Notes: generated by a model not told the origin, from the letters alone. Shown: positions 43,097 to 56,829, counted from the whole stretch's first letter. The stretch: 63,478 bases of DNA, filler included, from Saprolegnia diclina VS20 (GCF_000281045.1; 5 parts of 2 records of this genome joined end to end with filler, not necessarily neighbours in it), one strand, 5' to 3'. Translations and numbers: made by a program.

Positions 43097-46000
43097 ATGA
43101 GCACGACTACGGCCAAGCGGTGTGCCGAGGCCGCGGCCACGCTCCGGGAGCTTCTTGTGACGGCGGCGGGCCGAGGGATTAGCATTGAAGATTCGTTTGC
43201 GCACTTTGACCACGGACGCGACGGTGTCATTGATCTCTCGCAGTTTGTGCTCGGGTTGCGCTCGCTGGGCATTCCGGTCTCGGTCGAGGTCGGGAGCCTC
43301 CTCCTCTTTCAAATCTCGGAGAAAAGCTCAACGCACCTCACGTGCAAGGACTTTCATCGACTCTGCGACCCGCACTCGACACTGTACACCAAGCGCAAAG
43401 GCAAGCACGTGCCGACAACACGAAAGAAGAAGAAGAAGGGAAGCGCTCCCATCACCCCGTCGGCACCGCCCCCAAAGCGGCGAAAACGACCCCCCGAGAA
43501 AAGCTCTGTCGACCCCATTGCAGCGGCCCAAGGCCTTCCGCAGTGGGCCCACGACCGGAGCAAGCGCGCGCTACGGGAACTACAGCACCTCTCCAAGATA
43601 CGCCCGTTTGTACCAACCACGCCATTGGCCGACGACGACCGAAGCGGCAGCGAGAGCGACGAAGCGCCCAATCAAGCGTCGCCACCACGCCTCAAGGTGC
43701 CCCCCGTCGCGCTAGGTGCCTTGGATGCACCGCAATATACGACGTTTGCGATCAACGAGTCGACCGTGTTGGAGTACGCACTCTAACTGTGTGCGAATAT
43801 GGCCCATGAATGAACGCGTAGATATGCCATTTTGCTTGCGCCATCGGCGGACGAGAAGGACGAGAATGACGCGCCCGAGGCCCCGCCGTCCTCGTTATTT
43901 GGCGACGACGTGGCCAAAGTACAAAGCCGCGTGACACGGCACCTCGACACCCGCAAGACGCACACGTGCGCGCGGCTGATAGTGGTTTTGGACGCGTTCC
44001 AAACGATCGCGATGATGGAAGCGCTGCTGCAGCCTTTTTTTCGGGTCTATCCGCTCGCACGGGTGCTTGTCATCGGGCATGTCGCCAAGGTGGCTCCCGA
44101 CTCTAGTACGTCCATTTGCGCCCCACTGCCTCCATGATAGTGCTCTAGTCGTTACGAATACAACCTTGGCGTCGTACATGGGCGCGCTCCTGCTGCATTT
44201 GATGGACACGCGTGCGTGGAGTGTCCAGCCCAAACAAGGACCGGGTGCGGTGCCCCAGCTGCTGCTCGGGTGCGGGTCCGGGGCGGCGGTTGCGAGCTGG
44301 TTTACGCTTGTACGCAACATCGTTTTCTACATCGTTGACACCGAGGCCGTAGGTGACGGCGGCCGAAGACCCAAAGCTTCGCGTGCTCAATATGGCGCTC
44401 AGTGCGCTCTTTCTCGTCAACGGTTTTGCGAGCGCGTCCGAAGGCAGCGTCAAGTCCAAGCTCCACCCCGTACGTCGAGCTTCTCACTTTTGCAATGTGT
44501 GGTTTCGAATCGACAAATTAGTTGCTGCACGGACTGCACGCGACCAAAGGCGACATCGAGTGCCACGAACAGCTTGTGCAGTTGCTCTTTTGCGACGCGT
44601 ACCTGGCGCAGGTGAAAGTCCACGTGGCTGTTTGACCACTGAGTTGTGTGTTTCTAGACCTCGCGCGAGACCGCCATGCAATTGTTCTTTCAACATCGGC
44701 GCCAATTTCTCGAGCCAACAAACCGCGCACAGCTCCAGCAACGCCTGAGAGCCATTCCCAAGTTTACCGCTCTCAAGCCTGTCTTGCGGTACTCTGTTTA
44801 TATTTGTAGCCGTGTCGAGTGACAAGATGTAGCAACCTCCACGTGCCGTTGATCCTGCTGCAAAGCTCGCAAAACGCGTGGGTGCCGCCCAGTGCCGCGA
44901 CTACGCTCCAGGAAGGCCACGTTCTCGTTACGTCGTTATCGGAAGCTTTCAAGCAACCCAACGCGGTGTACGTGGCCTGGCTCAAGGCCGGGCACGAGGT
45001 GCTCCAAGAGCGCTCGTCGTTTTGCCTCCAGTTTCTGGATGCGATTTTTGCCGCCGTCCTCGAGCACGTGACGCTGGCGCCAATTCGAGGAGCCGACGAC
45101 GACGACGACGTGACGACTGTCGACGGGCTCGGCCACCGCACGCGGGAGGGACGCCACCACCTCGCCAGTGACGACGATGACGCGCTCGTCGTGCAAGCAC
45201 CAACCAAGAATTGTGCTGACGATGGCGCGGGACCGCAGTGGGTACGTAGACCCACAGAGACTTGCTAGGACAACATGTCCATAGTCGTCGCGGGTGCTCG
45301 CCATTTTTCGCGAGCACGGTAGCCAAGGAGTTCGACAAGAGCTGGTCGACCGCGACATTGATCTGCCGCTGGGCGCGTCGGACAATGTACGTGCGCCGGT
45401 GCATAAGTCTCGCGCTTCCAACACGTTATATGGCGGCGTAGAGCTTGCTGAACGCACTGGAAGATGCACTGGCGGCCGAAGACAGCGCGTATGAGGTCAT
45501 TTTGACCTCCAAAGCTGCGTTGGCGTCGCTGCAGGAGGCACAGCACGCCGAGCTCGCGCGTCTCGAGGCCGAGAAGCAGCAAAAGATCCTTCGAGATGGC
45601 GAGCGCAAGAAACAGCGGCTCAAGAAAGAGGAGCTCGCGTTCGCCGCGCGTGAACGCGACCGATTGCGCGCGGTGGCCATTGTGGACGCCGAGCGTCACG
45701 AGCGCCGCAGCATGGACATGGAAGATGAGAAAAGCCGGAAGCGGGAGGACTACGACCGCAAGGTGCGTGCGTTTAGCCACACCACATCGTGCCACATAGC
45801 ATCATGTAGTGCGCACTGTGGGCCGAGAGCAACCGCAACGCACTCCAAAATGTCGTCGCCGAGCTCAAAGACGAGCGAAACGAAGCGCTACAGACCCAAG
45901 TACGACGACGACGCATCGTCATTGATGTCTCAGCGTGGGGGACTACTAGGCCGAGATCAACCTGGGCCTTGAGCGGGCGGCCCATCGCGCCAGCTTGCAA

Positions 46001-49000
46001 GCGCAACTGTGGGAGCTCCAGCGCAAGGTTCTTTCTTTTGCACGTGGTTTTAGCAATAAGGGATCTATGCGAATAGCTGGAAGCAAACCAAGTGACTCTA
46101 CGGGGTGACGCCGAAGGGTTGGTCGAGCGGTGGCATTTCTCTTGGCTAAAGGATGGTGTTTTTAGCTACGGGCTCGAGTGTGGCGTCGACAGCCACGACA
46201 TTCCGCGCGTGCTGCAAGGCATCGAGTGCATTCTCGCCGACGCCATTGCGGTCCGCGAGCAGAAAAAACGCAACTTGGCCACGCAAGCTGCGTCCATCAC
46301 CAAGCACGAAGCGTACAACAGCCAGTTACAAGACGGCTCCCGCAGTCTCCACAACCTCAGCCGGGTACGCCGATCCCTGTCATCGAAACAAAATTTCATC
46401 AATTCGCCGTAGGCGCTGCATCGCGCCGAGACAGAAAACGTCATTGCCAAGCCCGATGCCGGTGGCGCCGTCCGGCTCGTGCCAGCTACCCCCGCGGCCA
46501 TTCGTGCTCTCCGTGAAAAGGTGCAGCTGCTATCGCAAGATACGGCGCAGCTCCAGGCGCTCACAACCGCGAGTCTCGAAGAGGTCACAATGTTCGACCG
46601 GGCCATGCAAAGCATCGCAATTCTGCAAACACGCACAGAAGCCACGGTGCGCGAGCTACTGGTCAAAGCCGCCATTATGGTCCAAAACGCCAACGAAGAG
46701 CTGAGCTTGCTTCGGGTATTAAGCTATACCAAACGAATCGCCGCTTATTCGCACGCCATAGGAAACCCAGGAAGACGAAGCCGTCGCCGACGCCAAGCGG
46801 CTGCATGCGACCAACACGACGATCGCGCGCATGACGTTGTTGAGCGCCGAGGTGACGCGGATCCAGGGCGTGACAACCAAGATGGTCGACAGTGCCATCT
46901 ACGTGGCAGGTACGGTCTTCCGCTTGCACAAAATGTACAAAGAAACCGGGTGGTATAGGGACATTACAGCGCCTTGACAAGGCGACCCTCGAGCGCAAAT
47001 GCAAGGAGGAGCTCGATGCACTCGCTATCACGCTCGACGAGCTCCGTGCACAAAGCGCCGCCGCGATAGCAATTCGTGCCGACCTCCGCCTCAACATCAA
47101 ACGCATTGTCGAAGGCCTCGCGCTGCTTTTGAGTGCACAGTCCCAATTAGCCAAATTTGAGAAATTCGCCGCGTCGACCACGGTCAAGGAAGAAGCCGAG
47201 CGGGACGCACAGGCGCGGGGGTATTCGGAGCGGTCGGCCGCGTTGGCGAGGGAGCGACTTGCGATTCCAGACGTGACGCTCGTGCGGTCCAAAAAGCTCT
47301 TTGAGCACTCGGTGGAAGAGAAGGAGTGGATCGCTTTAGACTTGAAACGGGGGGACCACGCAGTGACGCTCTACTCGAGTCTCTCAGAGCGCGAGGCCAC
47401 CGAGATGCGCCTCGACCCGCTGTATCAGACGTCGCTGACCGAAGCCGAGATCGAGTACATTCTATCGCTACCAAGCCGCGTCTCGCTCGCGCTTCCATTT
47501 CTCAAGTCCCCGGCGCACCTCCGCGCGCACTTTTTACTGCGAAAATATACGTGCAGCGACGGCCAAGTCGTGCTCAACCAAATCGACGTGACGTATGCCC
47601 CGCCCATGCCATTGCCCCCAGGTTCCACCTCCTAAATTGCCAACTTAGATGAAGTGATTCCTCTAGGCCTCGACCTTCACGGGATGCTGCAGCGAAAACT
47701 CGCCGAGAGCCTTCGGCACAAGCCGTGGGCGTCGTGCAATGCGAAAGAGCAGCTCTGGCTCGCCTGCGATGCGCGTCTTGGCGCGAACCAAATGCACTTG
47801 CTGCCGCCCTTTCCTGTGGGTTTCCCCGCTCCGGATATGACCGCCGACCATATACGGGACGTCGCCGGCCAAATGTGGAGTCCCAGTATGCCACCCGCCG
47901 CCGCCGCTGTCTGGACCGTGCTGCATGAATTCGGTGGACTCCGCCCCAACGCCCAGCACATTGTTGTCATCTCGACCCTATCCGAGCTTGTCGGTACGAA
48001 AACATCATTCTCCAAAATGGGATTTTCGAGTTCAACGGCCGCTGCATAGAGGCCGACGAGCGAGCTACGATCCTCGTCGACGCCAAGACCCAGCGCACTC
48101 TTCTTGACGCCAACAAGTGCCAACTGCGAGCGCGGAAGAGTGCAACCCATGAGATTGCTGTCGACGCTGTGGGCCTTAGTCTCACGGTTTCGATCGTCTT
48201 TGAAGGTATGCTCGATNNNNNNNNNNNNNNNNNNNNNNNNNNNNNNNNNNNNNNNNNNNNNNNNNNNNNNNNNNNNNNNNNNNNNNNNNNNNNNNNNNNN
48301 NNNNNNNNNNNNNNNNNNNNNNNNNNNNNNNNNNNNNNNNNNNNNNNNNNNNNNNNNNNNNNNNNNNNNNNNNNNNNNNNNNNNNNNNNNNNNNGGTTAC
48401 AAGCTCGGCCGCCTCGCTGCCATGCTGTACCATTTATCGCCCAGCGGGAAGCCCGAGCCGATCGGTCAAGTCCAGTACGACCACGTACAGCTCAACACAA
48501 GCGAGAGCATGGGCCGCATCGTGCTTCGCCACGCGCCCAACCGCGTGCCGATCGCGCAAGGCGTCTACCACATAGTCGTGGGGTGTCCTGTCCGCCGCGC
48601 GTAGTCGTTGCTATGTTCTTAGTCGGTGTTGACGTAGTCGGACACGACGTACTCGATCTCGGTGTCAATGCATGAAGCGATGCCCGCGTCCGAGTTTGTG
48701 CGACGCGCCAAGGCCTCTGCGCTGACGCAACAAGCCCGCTTGCCCGTGCGATATTTCAATGGATGCAATGGATACATCGACGGGCTGTCTAGGTCGGTCG
48801 CGAAGAAGTGTTGCAGATCTGGGAGAGCATGCGCCTGGCCGAGCGCAAGTTGGAGCTGGTCGAGAAGGCGTCGTCGGCTGCGATGCTCCGCGCGAAAGAA
48901 CACGAAGCCAAGATGGGGCAGCTCCAGCGGCTCTTGGACGCACCAACTAGCGCTGGGGCGACACTGAATCGCAAAGATCTGCTGGCGCAGGTACGGTCGT

Positions 49001-52000
49001 ACAAAAATTCCATCGGCAACTAACTGACTAGATTCGAACGCTTGATCGCGCGTTCACCAAGCAATGCAAGCTGCACGCGATCCGGCAAGACGAGATCCAC
49101 GACATCAAACGCGGTGTGTTGTTGCCTGCGATGCAGACACTCATACGTATTGACGTAGGACTACACCATTTGGCGTCGCTCCACGCCAAGCTGCTATTGG
49201 AGCGCGCCGAGCTCGAGACGGCGCTGACGTATGCGCGTCAGCACCTCCCGTACGCGGCCGCCCGCATCGAGGGCGCGACGTCCGGCTTCAAGGTCGTTTC
49301 AATGTTTCAATGTTTCAACGTTTCAATGTTTCAAAAAATAGGTGGCGTACGCGCTCAACGCCGAGTACAATGTTGTCAAGACGGCCAAGATGCGGTGGCG
49401 GGACCTCGCGGCGCTCAAGCACCAGCTGCCAAAACTCCTCACGTCGGCCCAGCGCGTGCGTCGCAAGTACAAAAGAAACAAGCTGTCGCTCGACGCGGCT
49501 GAGCGGCAATGGGTCCTGCTCGACCGCATCGTGCACCCCGACCTTGTACGCTTGTTGTCCGTTTCTCAAGTGTGGTCAATCTTGTCATTAGTATCTCTGG
49601 GAACAAGAAGCGTCGCAGCACGCGCACATGCTCAACCAAAAGACGACGATTCCAATCGGGTACAGCCTTTCCAAAATCGAGGCCGACATGAACGCCTACT
49701 CGGCGGCCGAGCTCCAGCGATTGGTCGACGCGCCCTACAATGCACTCTCGCGAAGAGAAATTCTGGTTCGCAAAGCGATGCTCAAGTTCCGCGACGAAAG
49801 TGTCTTGCGGCACCACACCATCACCGCGGCCGACAAGTCCGCTTCCATCCTTCGGTCCTTGCCCCTTGGTATACTAGCACACTGTGAATGTCAACCATGA
49901 CTGACTCGTCCTGCTCCATGGTAGATGCCCTCGATGCCGACCAGAAAGCATGGCTCGCGCTCGACAAGCTCTTACACCCCGAGCTCCACTCGCGCTTGCT
50001 CACGACGGTGCCGGCCGCCAAGCAATGGACACGCGACTCGCTGTTAGCGCTGCTTCAGACGCCGGACGACCAGATTCCGTCGCTGGATGCCGAGGCCCGA
50101 CGCGCGCGCGCCCTTGTCCTCGCGTACGACGGGCCGTTTGTCTACGAGCTTGTGCATGGTCCGTCAACGGCGTTAACGGCGCCGATCAAGCATTCGCTCG
50201 TCGACCATTCGCAAGCCGGTCAAAAAGTCGAAGTCGACGTCGACGCACGGTGTCGCTCGGTGCTGCACGAACTCGATCGGGTCCGCTACCTGCATGCCGA
50301 TCAGCGCTACATGACTCTGGCTAGGCAATCAGTAGTACCAATGAGTTTATGGACTCGAGTGTCCTGCACAGCGCGCCTCAGCGATTCCCGACCAGCGTGT
50401 TGCGGCTCGAGCTCGAGAAGGAGCTCGACCGACTGCTCCTGAGCCAGGTCACGGAGCGGGAGGAGGCGGAATGGGGCGCCTTCCAGAACCCAAAGTCGCT
50501 TCTGAACTTGCACGTGCAAGACGGCGACGACGACGCCAAGACCACGCAAGGCGTCGCGCACGTGTCCGACTCGGACTCGGACCTTGAAGCGCGCTTGGCG
50601 CGCGAAGAGCAGCGGAAACTTGCGCTCAAGCAGCTGCAAAAAACAAACAAAAAGGCCAAACCAAGCTACCAAAAGCAAAAACGGGCGATTCAAGACGTAC
50701 GTTTGGTATCCATAGACAGGTATGAGAGGGCAATCCTAGGCCCTCGTGCCACGGTCCATTGAAGAGCAGCAATTGGAGCTCGAGAAGAAAAATCTAGGTC
50801 CTGGCGGGTGCATGGCCTGCCGCAAAAACCCGTGCACGTGGGTTCCGTACCTCAACGCGACCAAGGACACCATCGTGCACCGCATCCACCTTCTCAAGGA
50901 CGAGACCGAGCGCGTCAAGCGCTCAAAAGAGGTGATATTTTCGTGTTATAGTAGACAATTTTGTCCATTTTTACGGTTTTGGTCATATTGGTCATGTTGA
51001 TGCTGGCGTAGGCGGTTCTCAGCTCGAGTCTGTGCATGTCGGCTGTCCGCGGCGGCGTTGAGGCCATCTCGATGCGCAAGATGGACCTCTTCCTCGAGCT
51101 CACGTCCGAAATTCGCACCTGGGACAAGCACTTGCGGCTTCGCGACGTGGACTCGGAGTTGCACGCGACGTTCAACTGGCCCCACGATCAGTTTGAGACT
51201 GTCGCGCTCCACGGCTTTGTTCAAATGCAGCAGGTGCGTCGTTGAGAACCACGATCGACAAGGCGTATTTTGCTGTAGACGGAAAAAGTCAAGGCCGCGT
51301 TGACACGGGAACAAAATTCGCTGGTTGCGCAGCTCACCACCCATGAGATTGTCGAAGACATTCTCGAATGGATGCTCGAAGGTATTCATTCTCTTTCGCT
51401 CTCGAGATGAAGATCGATATGGATATGGTGTAGGTTGGATCTTTGGCGAGCGCGAGTCGCGGCGCAAGGTGCAAGGCTACGTACCCAGTTTGTACAAGGA
51501 CGGCCCGCTCAACATGCAAGTGCTTCGGCGTCTCGAAAACATGAGTCCTGGTATGCCTTACGATTGTTGGAGGCATGCAAGGTTTGGTTACTGAGTGTCT
51601 CTGGCTTTTTCCTAGCCGACAAGAAGACGGCCGACGAGCTCCACGACATGCACGCGACACAAGCCAAGTTTGGCACGCCCTTGGAGAAATGGACGCCGAT
51701 TGAGGTTGACGCGCAAGCGCTCCGCATCGGCAAGAAGGCGATAGAAAAAGGGTCGGCGGCCGACAAGGTCCTCGACGAGACCGAGCAAGCGCTGAAGTTT
51801 GGCCTCTTTTGCATGACACTGATGTATTTTCGGGGCCTCAGCCTTCTCAAAGCCCAAAAGCAAGTGTGGGGCGCGCGCACGAGCGAACACGCCAAGGTGC
51901 ACGTCGCCAAGCCCGTCACCGGTCTCCAGCTCGAACGTCAAAAACAAGAGCTGCGGCAGCGGTACACACAACCTCATTCTATGGACGAGGCGACACGCCG

Positions 52001-52592
52001 ACCGTGGCGTAGACGCATCGACGAGGCGCACGCCAAGGCCAAACTCGGCCAAGAGCGCCGGAGCCAAAAGGAAATGGAGCGTCTCCAATCGCAGCGGCAA
52101 AAATTGTTTGCAAACAACCGACTCGCGAAGCGCGAAGCCAAAGCCGCGACCTTTGTACGCACCTTCTTTGTTGGTCGTGAAACTTCACGTATTTTAGCTG
52201 CAACGGATTTACCGGGGGTACTTGGGCCGGGCCGCGGCGGCCAAGTGGAAGATCCGACGTGCCGAGCTCGAGGCGCGGCAAGCACTCGAGCAAGCGGCCG
52301 CGACGACGATGCAACGCGCGTACCGCGGTAGGGCCAGCCACTATCAAATATCAACAGAGAGAGACGGGTGGCGGTAGGCCGCCTCGGGCGCATTGCGGCC
52401 GAGGACCGCCGCATCGAACTGGCCGAGTTTATTGCGCAAGTCCGGGCTCAAGAGGCCATTGAAGAAGAGGTGCGATGGCGGTCCCGAGACTTGGAGCCCA
52501 TCGACGATTTGTAGGAGGCGTACTGGAAGCGCAATCGGTCTGAGCGTTTGCGCCGGCGCATCATGGCACTTGTGGACCGCAAGGCAGCGTGA
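43097..52592 (+). CDS. Very large multi-exon protein: EF-hand, degenerate alpha/beta-hydrolase-like region, long coiled coils, C-terminal IQ motifs
   Basis: EF-hand FDHGRDGVIDLSQF. Successive + strand coding blocks are separated by short GT-AG introns. IQ motifs LQRIYRGYLGR and MQRAYRG; predicted stop TGA at 52590-52592. Internal gap 48217-48394. It could be two genes. Confidence 0.65.
49296..49334. repeat. 8-bp tandem repeat (GTTTCAAT) x ~5 filling a short intron
   Basis: gtttcaat gtttcaat gtttcaac gtttcaat gtttcaa lies between a GT donor (~49293) and an AG acceptor (49341). Confidence 0.8.
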
Positions 52593-54018
52593 TCAAGGTC
52601 GACGTCGGCGACTCATTCTGGCCTTTGGACATAGCACGTACGATAGACAATAGCGCAAAAGCCGTTCACTGCACTACATATCTTCAGACACCACCGAGGT
52701 TATCGTCGGCCAAGGCGACGGGAAAAGTGCGGTATCGCCGACTGCTTGCCTATTTTTACAGTTGCATGCGGTCACACAGCGGAGGCATCGACGCAGCTCA
52801 TCAAGGATGACCGTTAGATGTATAATTGCTGGTGACTCGTTGGCGTGGCTTGTCCTTGGTCGCAGAGGCTAAAGTAGCAATAAGCAGCGTCTTGAAGAGA
52901 AACGACGCTGTTCAATTTTGGAGCTGCACCTGTAGTACTGCGGATGCATTGCCCAGCACCTGTAGCCGAGTGATACCGATCAGCGCAACACGGCGATTCA
53001 AGCCACACATCGTATTTTGGCCCGCTTGCACCCGCGGCCTTTTGGCTAAGACGTGGCCTTTTGGCTCAGATGCAAGGTCAACTCCATGCTCGAACTTTGT
53101 CGACGGACCTTTCCATAACACCCGGAGTTATCCTCGGAATCCTCGGTGGATTTCCGCTTGGTCCGGATACGGGTGGATTGATTTGCCATCGACGAGATAA
53201 ATTGCCATGACCGAGTATGTACTTCTTTTGTGGAAATAGAGAAGCCGGGGTCGATGTGATAAATTATATTTCTCGCATTGTACACTGAAAAAATCACACG
53301 CCATCTGGTATCAAGTTCAATAAACCAAATCTTGTTTTTTGTATGGAAGGGAAAGATAGCACCGCGCGGTTCGCTATTGCAATCAAAAGAGGTGCGTTTA
53401 TCCTGGTAGGAACGTTTACGTGGTGTACCAGCATCTCAGGGGATTAATTCGTATTTTCTGGCCAACCCATTGGCTATAATTCAAGCCATTTTGGCCAATG
53501 CAACGCAGTTGCATTGGTCTAAGCCAATCGCATCGCGCGAAACCTGTCCAGTAAAGTGCGATTTTATAGTCCCTGTTAAGTGCTGTCACATCCCCGGACG
53601 TTATAGTTGACTAAAGTATAACAATTGCGCTGAAGTGCGCCTGTGTACTTAAACGAAATTCACGCAACTTTCCAGTTAGGTGCGAATGCAGGAGCGCGCG
53701 AAGACCGCAGCAAGCGACGACGGCGCGTTGGCCCGGAAAAGTCTGCGCACCGCAGCGAAGGTCGAGTGCTGACTTTTGTCTAGGCCAACGCGCCGTCGTC
53801 GCAATAACGTTAATCAACGCTTCGCATTCAATACAAAAGTTCCTACCAGCTCACCCCGGAAGGGACCTGTTAAGCGCACTTACCTGCGATATTGGCGTAC
53901 TAAATAGAGCCGCACTTTAATAAGACATTTAATTATGACAAATTTCGTACCTATTTTTATCATACGCTGCCCCATTACAGCAAGCGCTTTACACGCTCCC
54001 GCGGTGAAAAACACGAAG

Positions 54019-54118
54019 NNNNNNNNNNNNNNNNNNNNNNNNNNNNNNNNNNNNNNNNNNNNTTAATTAATTAANNNNNNNNNNNNNNNNNNNNNNNNNN
54101 NNNNNNNNNNNNNNNNNN
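54019..54118. other. Artificial contig-join spacer
   Basis: TTAATTAATTAA at 54063-54074 within Ns. Confidence 0.95.
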
Positions 54119-54625
54119 GCACACGGTGGCGTCCGTTGATGCTCGTCGTGTGTCTTTGAGACTCAAGTCCACGAAGAAGGTGCAAGGAAGACTCCATGGG
54201 CGTCCGTGCAGCAACTTGCTGCGTGGTGTGTAGCACCATCACTCACTCCCGCCATAACACATTCTGCTCTCCATCATGGTGCTGCTGGTCGTACGATCTC
54301 TCGACGTTGCGGTCCTCGTCGCATCACGAAACGAGCAAACACACCTCTCTCGTGGCGTACTCTGTCGTCGCTAACCCTCTCGTCATCGTCTCGTCGGGCA
54401 GGATGAACGTCGGCAGCGTCCGGCTTCGCGAGAAGGTGCACCGAAAGATCGCTTGCCTCTGCCGTGTTTTAAACACGTTTTCAACCACGCCGACCAGACG
54501 CCATTCGCTTTTTATAAAAATATGTAGGTTGTTGTATGCAATACAATACGATTGCGAGTTTGAGTCCGAATGTAGGTCGCATAGTTTTGTCCAATCAAGT
54601 ACCTTACGGCCGTAGCCAGTCCTTC

Positions 54626-54640
54626 CCACTTTGCATTTTG
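54626..54640 (+). promoter_or_regulatory. Oomycete INR+FPR-like core promoter of eIF6
   Basis: CCACTTTGCATTTTG resembles the YCAYTYY..MWTTTNC consensus and ends about 25 nt before the ATG. Confidence 0.5.
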
Positions 54641-54663
54641 CAACCAAGAACTTAGCGTCCACC

Positions 54664-55401
54664 ATGGCGATTCGCTGCCAATTTGAAAACTCGAACGAAA
54701 TCGGCGTCTTCTCCAAGCTCACGAACGCGTATGCGCTTGTCTGCATTGGCGGCTCGGAGAACTTTTACTCGGTCTTTGAAGCCGAGCTCGCCGACCACGT
54801 CCCGGTCATCCACTGCTCGATCGCCGGCTGCCGCTTCGTCGGCCGCGTCGCTGTCGGCAACAAGAACGGCCTCCTCCTCCCCAACTCGACGACCGACCAG
54901 GAGATGCAGCACATCCGTAACGCGCTGCCCGACTCGGTCGTCGTCCAGCGTGTCGAAGAGCGACTCTCGGCGCTCGGCAACGTTGTCGCCTGTAACGACC
55001 ACGTCGCGCTCGTGCATACCGACTTGGACCGCGAGACGGAAGAGATCATTGCCGACACGCTTGGCGTCGAGGTCTTCCGCCAGACGATTGCCGGCAACGC
55101 GCTCGTCGGCTCGTACTCGGTCTTGAGCAACCAGGGCTGCCTCGTGCACCCGCGCACGACGGTCGACGACCAGGAAGAACTCTCGTCGCTGCTCCAGGTG
55201 CCGGTCGTCGCTGGTACGGTCAACCGCGGTTCGGACGTGCTTGGCGCCGGCATGGTCGTGAACGACTGGACGGCATTCACGGGTCTCGACACGACATCGA
55301 CGGAAATCTCGGTCGTCGAAAGCATCTTCAAGCTCCAGAACGCGCAGCCGAACGCGATTGCGGGCTCGATGCGGTCGGCCTTGATCGATTCGATGACTTA
55401 A
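54664..55401 (+). CDS. eIF6: Eukaryotic translation initiation factor 6
   Basis: [23 protein letters not shown]...GNKNGLLLP...[16 protein letters not shown]...AGTVNRGS...[15 protein letters not shown]; 245 aa, canonical eIF6. Confidence 0.98.
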   Translation: MAIRCQFENSNEIGVFSKLTNAYALVCIGGSENFYSVFEAELADHVPVIHCSIAGCRFVGRVAVGNKNGLLLPNSTTDQEMQHIRNALPDSVVVQRVEERLSALGNVVACNDHVALVHTDLDRETEEIIADTLGVEVFRQTIAGNALVGSYSVLSNQGCLVHPRTTVDDQEELSSLLQVPVVAGTVNRGSDVLGAGMVVNDWTAFTGLDTTSTEISVVESIFKLQNAQPNAIAGSMRSALIDSMT

Positions 55402-55448
55402 TTACCCGATTAAATTTAATAGACACCACGGTTGCACTCGATGTCGTT

Positions 55449-55637
55449 TTACGTTTTCGTCAGGACCATGGGGTGGACGCCGTAGGCAGGTGCAATGCTC
55501 GCGAGCTCCTTGTGCAGCGGGTCCTCGGGCTCCCAGTACGTGACGTAGACGCGCCGGCGCAGCAGCGCAATGATATAGCCGACAAGCGCGATCCCACCGA
55601 GGGCGCCAAGAGTGCCCCACACCGTCTCGACCGGCAT
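55449..55637 (-). CDS. Small single-pass membrane protein (62 aa)
   Basis: MPVETVWGTLGALGGIALVGYIIALLRRR is a TM helix followed by a basic stop-transfer motif. GC-rich codons; convergent with eIF6. Confidence 0.5.
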   Translation of the reverse strand: MPVETVWGTLGALGGIALVGYIIALLRRRVYVTYWEPEDPLHKELASIAPAYGVHPMVLTKT

Positions 55638-56829
55638 CTCTGTTTTGCAACTGTGATGAAGCGATCGATTTTGAAAAGTGAGGCGAAAATAGATGCCCAA
55701 GATGGCGGCAACTCGGACGCTCGAATACAGCTCTTCGCTGTGTCTGAGAGAGCAAGAAGAGCTGCTGGTCTCGGAAGCAGGCACGCGGACCACCAATGCA
55801 AAACATAATTACCGCTTGATGCCAAGCCTCCATGGCCAACTGGAGCAGAATGGCGTCGCCCAGCTCAAGGTCCTACTATATTCGATGCCGTGAAGTGAAC
55901 GAGTAGAGCGAGAGAGGCGGCGGATGGGCTGCTTCCCGCAACAAGGTCTTTGAGCTGCCTACCACGCTGACGTTGGGCGACCGCGTTGCGACGCTGCGCT
56001 GTGCACGTCGTTGTGGCGGTTCTCTGTACTACCGTCGAAGTGGCCGCGTCTCGACCACTGTGGCCTAAGAGAAGGAAAGGCCAACGAGATCTATGCACAG
56101 CTTGTGTTGTCCCTCAACATACCGTAGCGTGACGAACATGCAGCATGCGATGCACAAGTTCACTTGTATGAAGGCTTGCTCATGGATAGGCAGGCGGCTA
56201 AGAATCGGTCGGTGCATTTTGCTTGGATGACAACTTTGTGTGAGGAAACCGTGTCGATCGTAGCTGCGTGTCCCTCACGCGGCGTTGGGTCACGGCCACA
56301 TTGTCGTCTCGTTTACCGAGTTGCTCCTCGATCCATGACAACGGACTGGAGCGTTGGCATCGAGGGTTATGAGAGTTTCGACGCCGTTCGCCTTTACGGT
56401 TTCTCTCAGCTCTTAGATCTCGGTTTTTTCTCTGAGACGAAGACTCGTTTGTCGCCAAGGCAATATCAGCATCACACTTCTTCTCTTCCTTGTCGCAGCT
56501 CTTCTCGATCGCCTTGATTGCCGACTCTAGCGATCCTACGAAGATCACCGTGCATCAAGAATAGGGAAACATTGGGCGCAACCCGTCTTGTCTCGGCGCG
56601 CCGATCCCAGTCCGTGTGCAGTGCATATGCCTGCGCGATATCCTTCCACCCCGCAGCTGACCGCAAGGCAATCGTCCGTACCGTAAATATCGTCGAGAAG
56701 GCCGATGATAGATCCTGGCATACATTCACCAAGTGCCCACCTTGCACTTGGGCTCCGTATCCGGATGGTGTCCTTTTTCCGGATGTCATGGACACTGGCT
56801 GCGCCATGCCACTTGCCGATCGCCACAGC

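Noticed and set aside
53300..54018. AT-richer region with short repeated words (CCTGTTAAG, AAGTGCG) and CCAAT boxes
   Set aside because: No convincing TIRs, periodic array or ORF could be delimited by eye.
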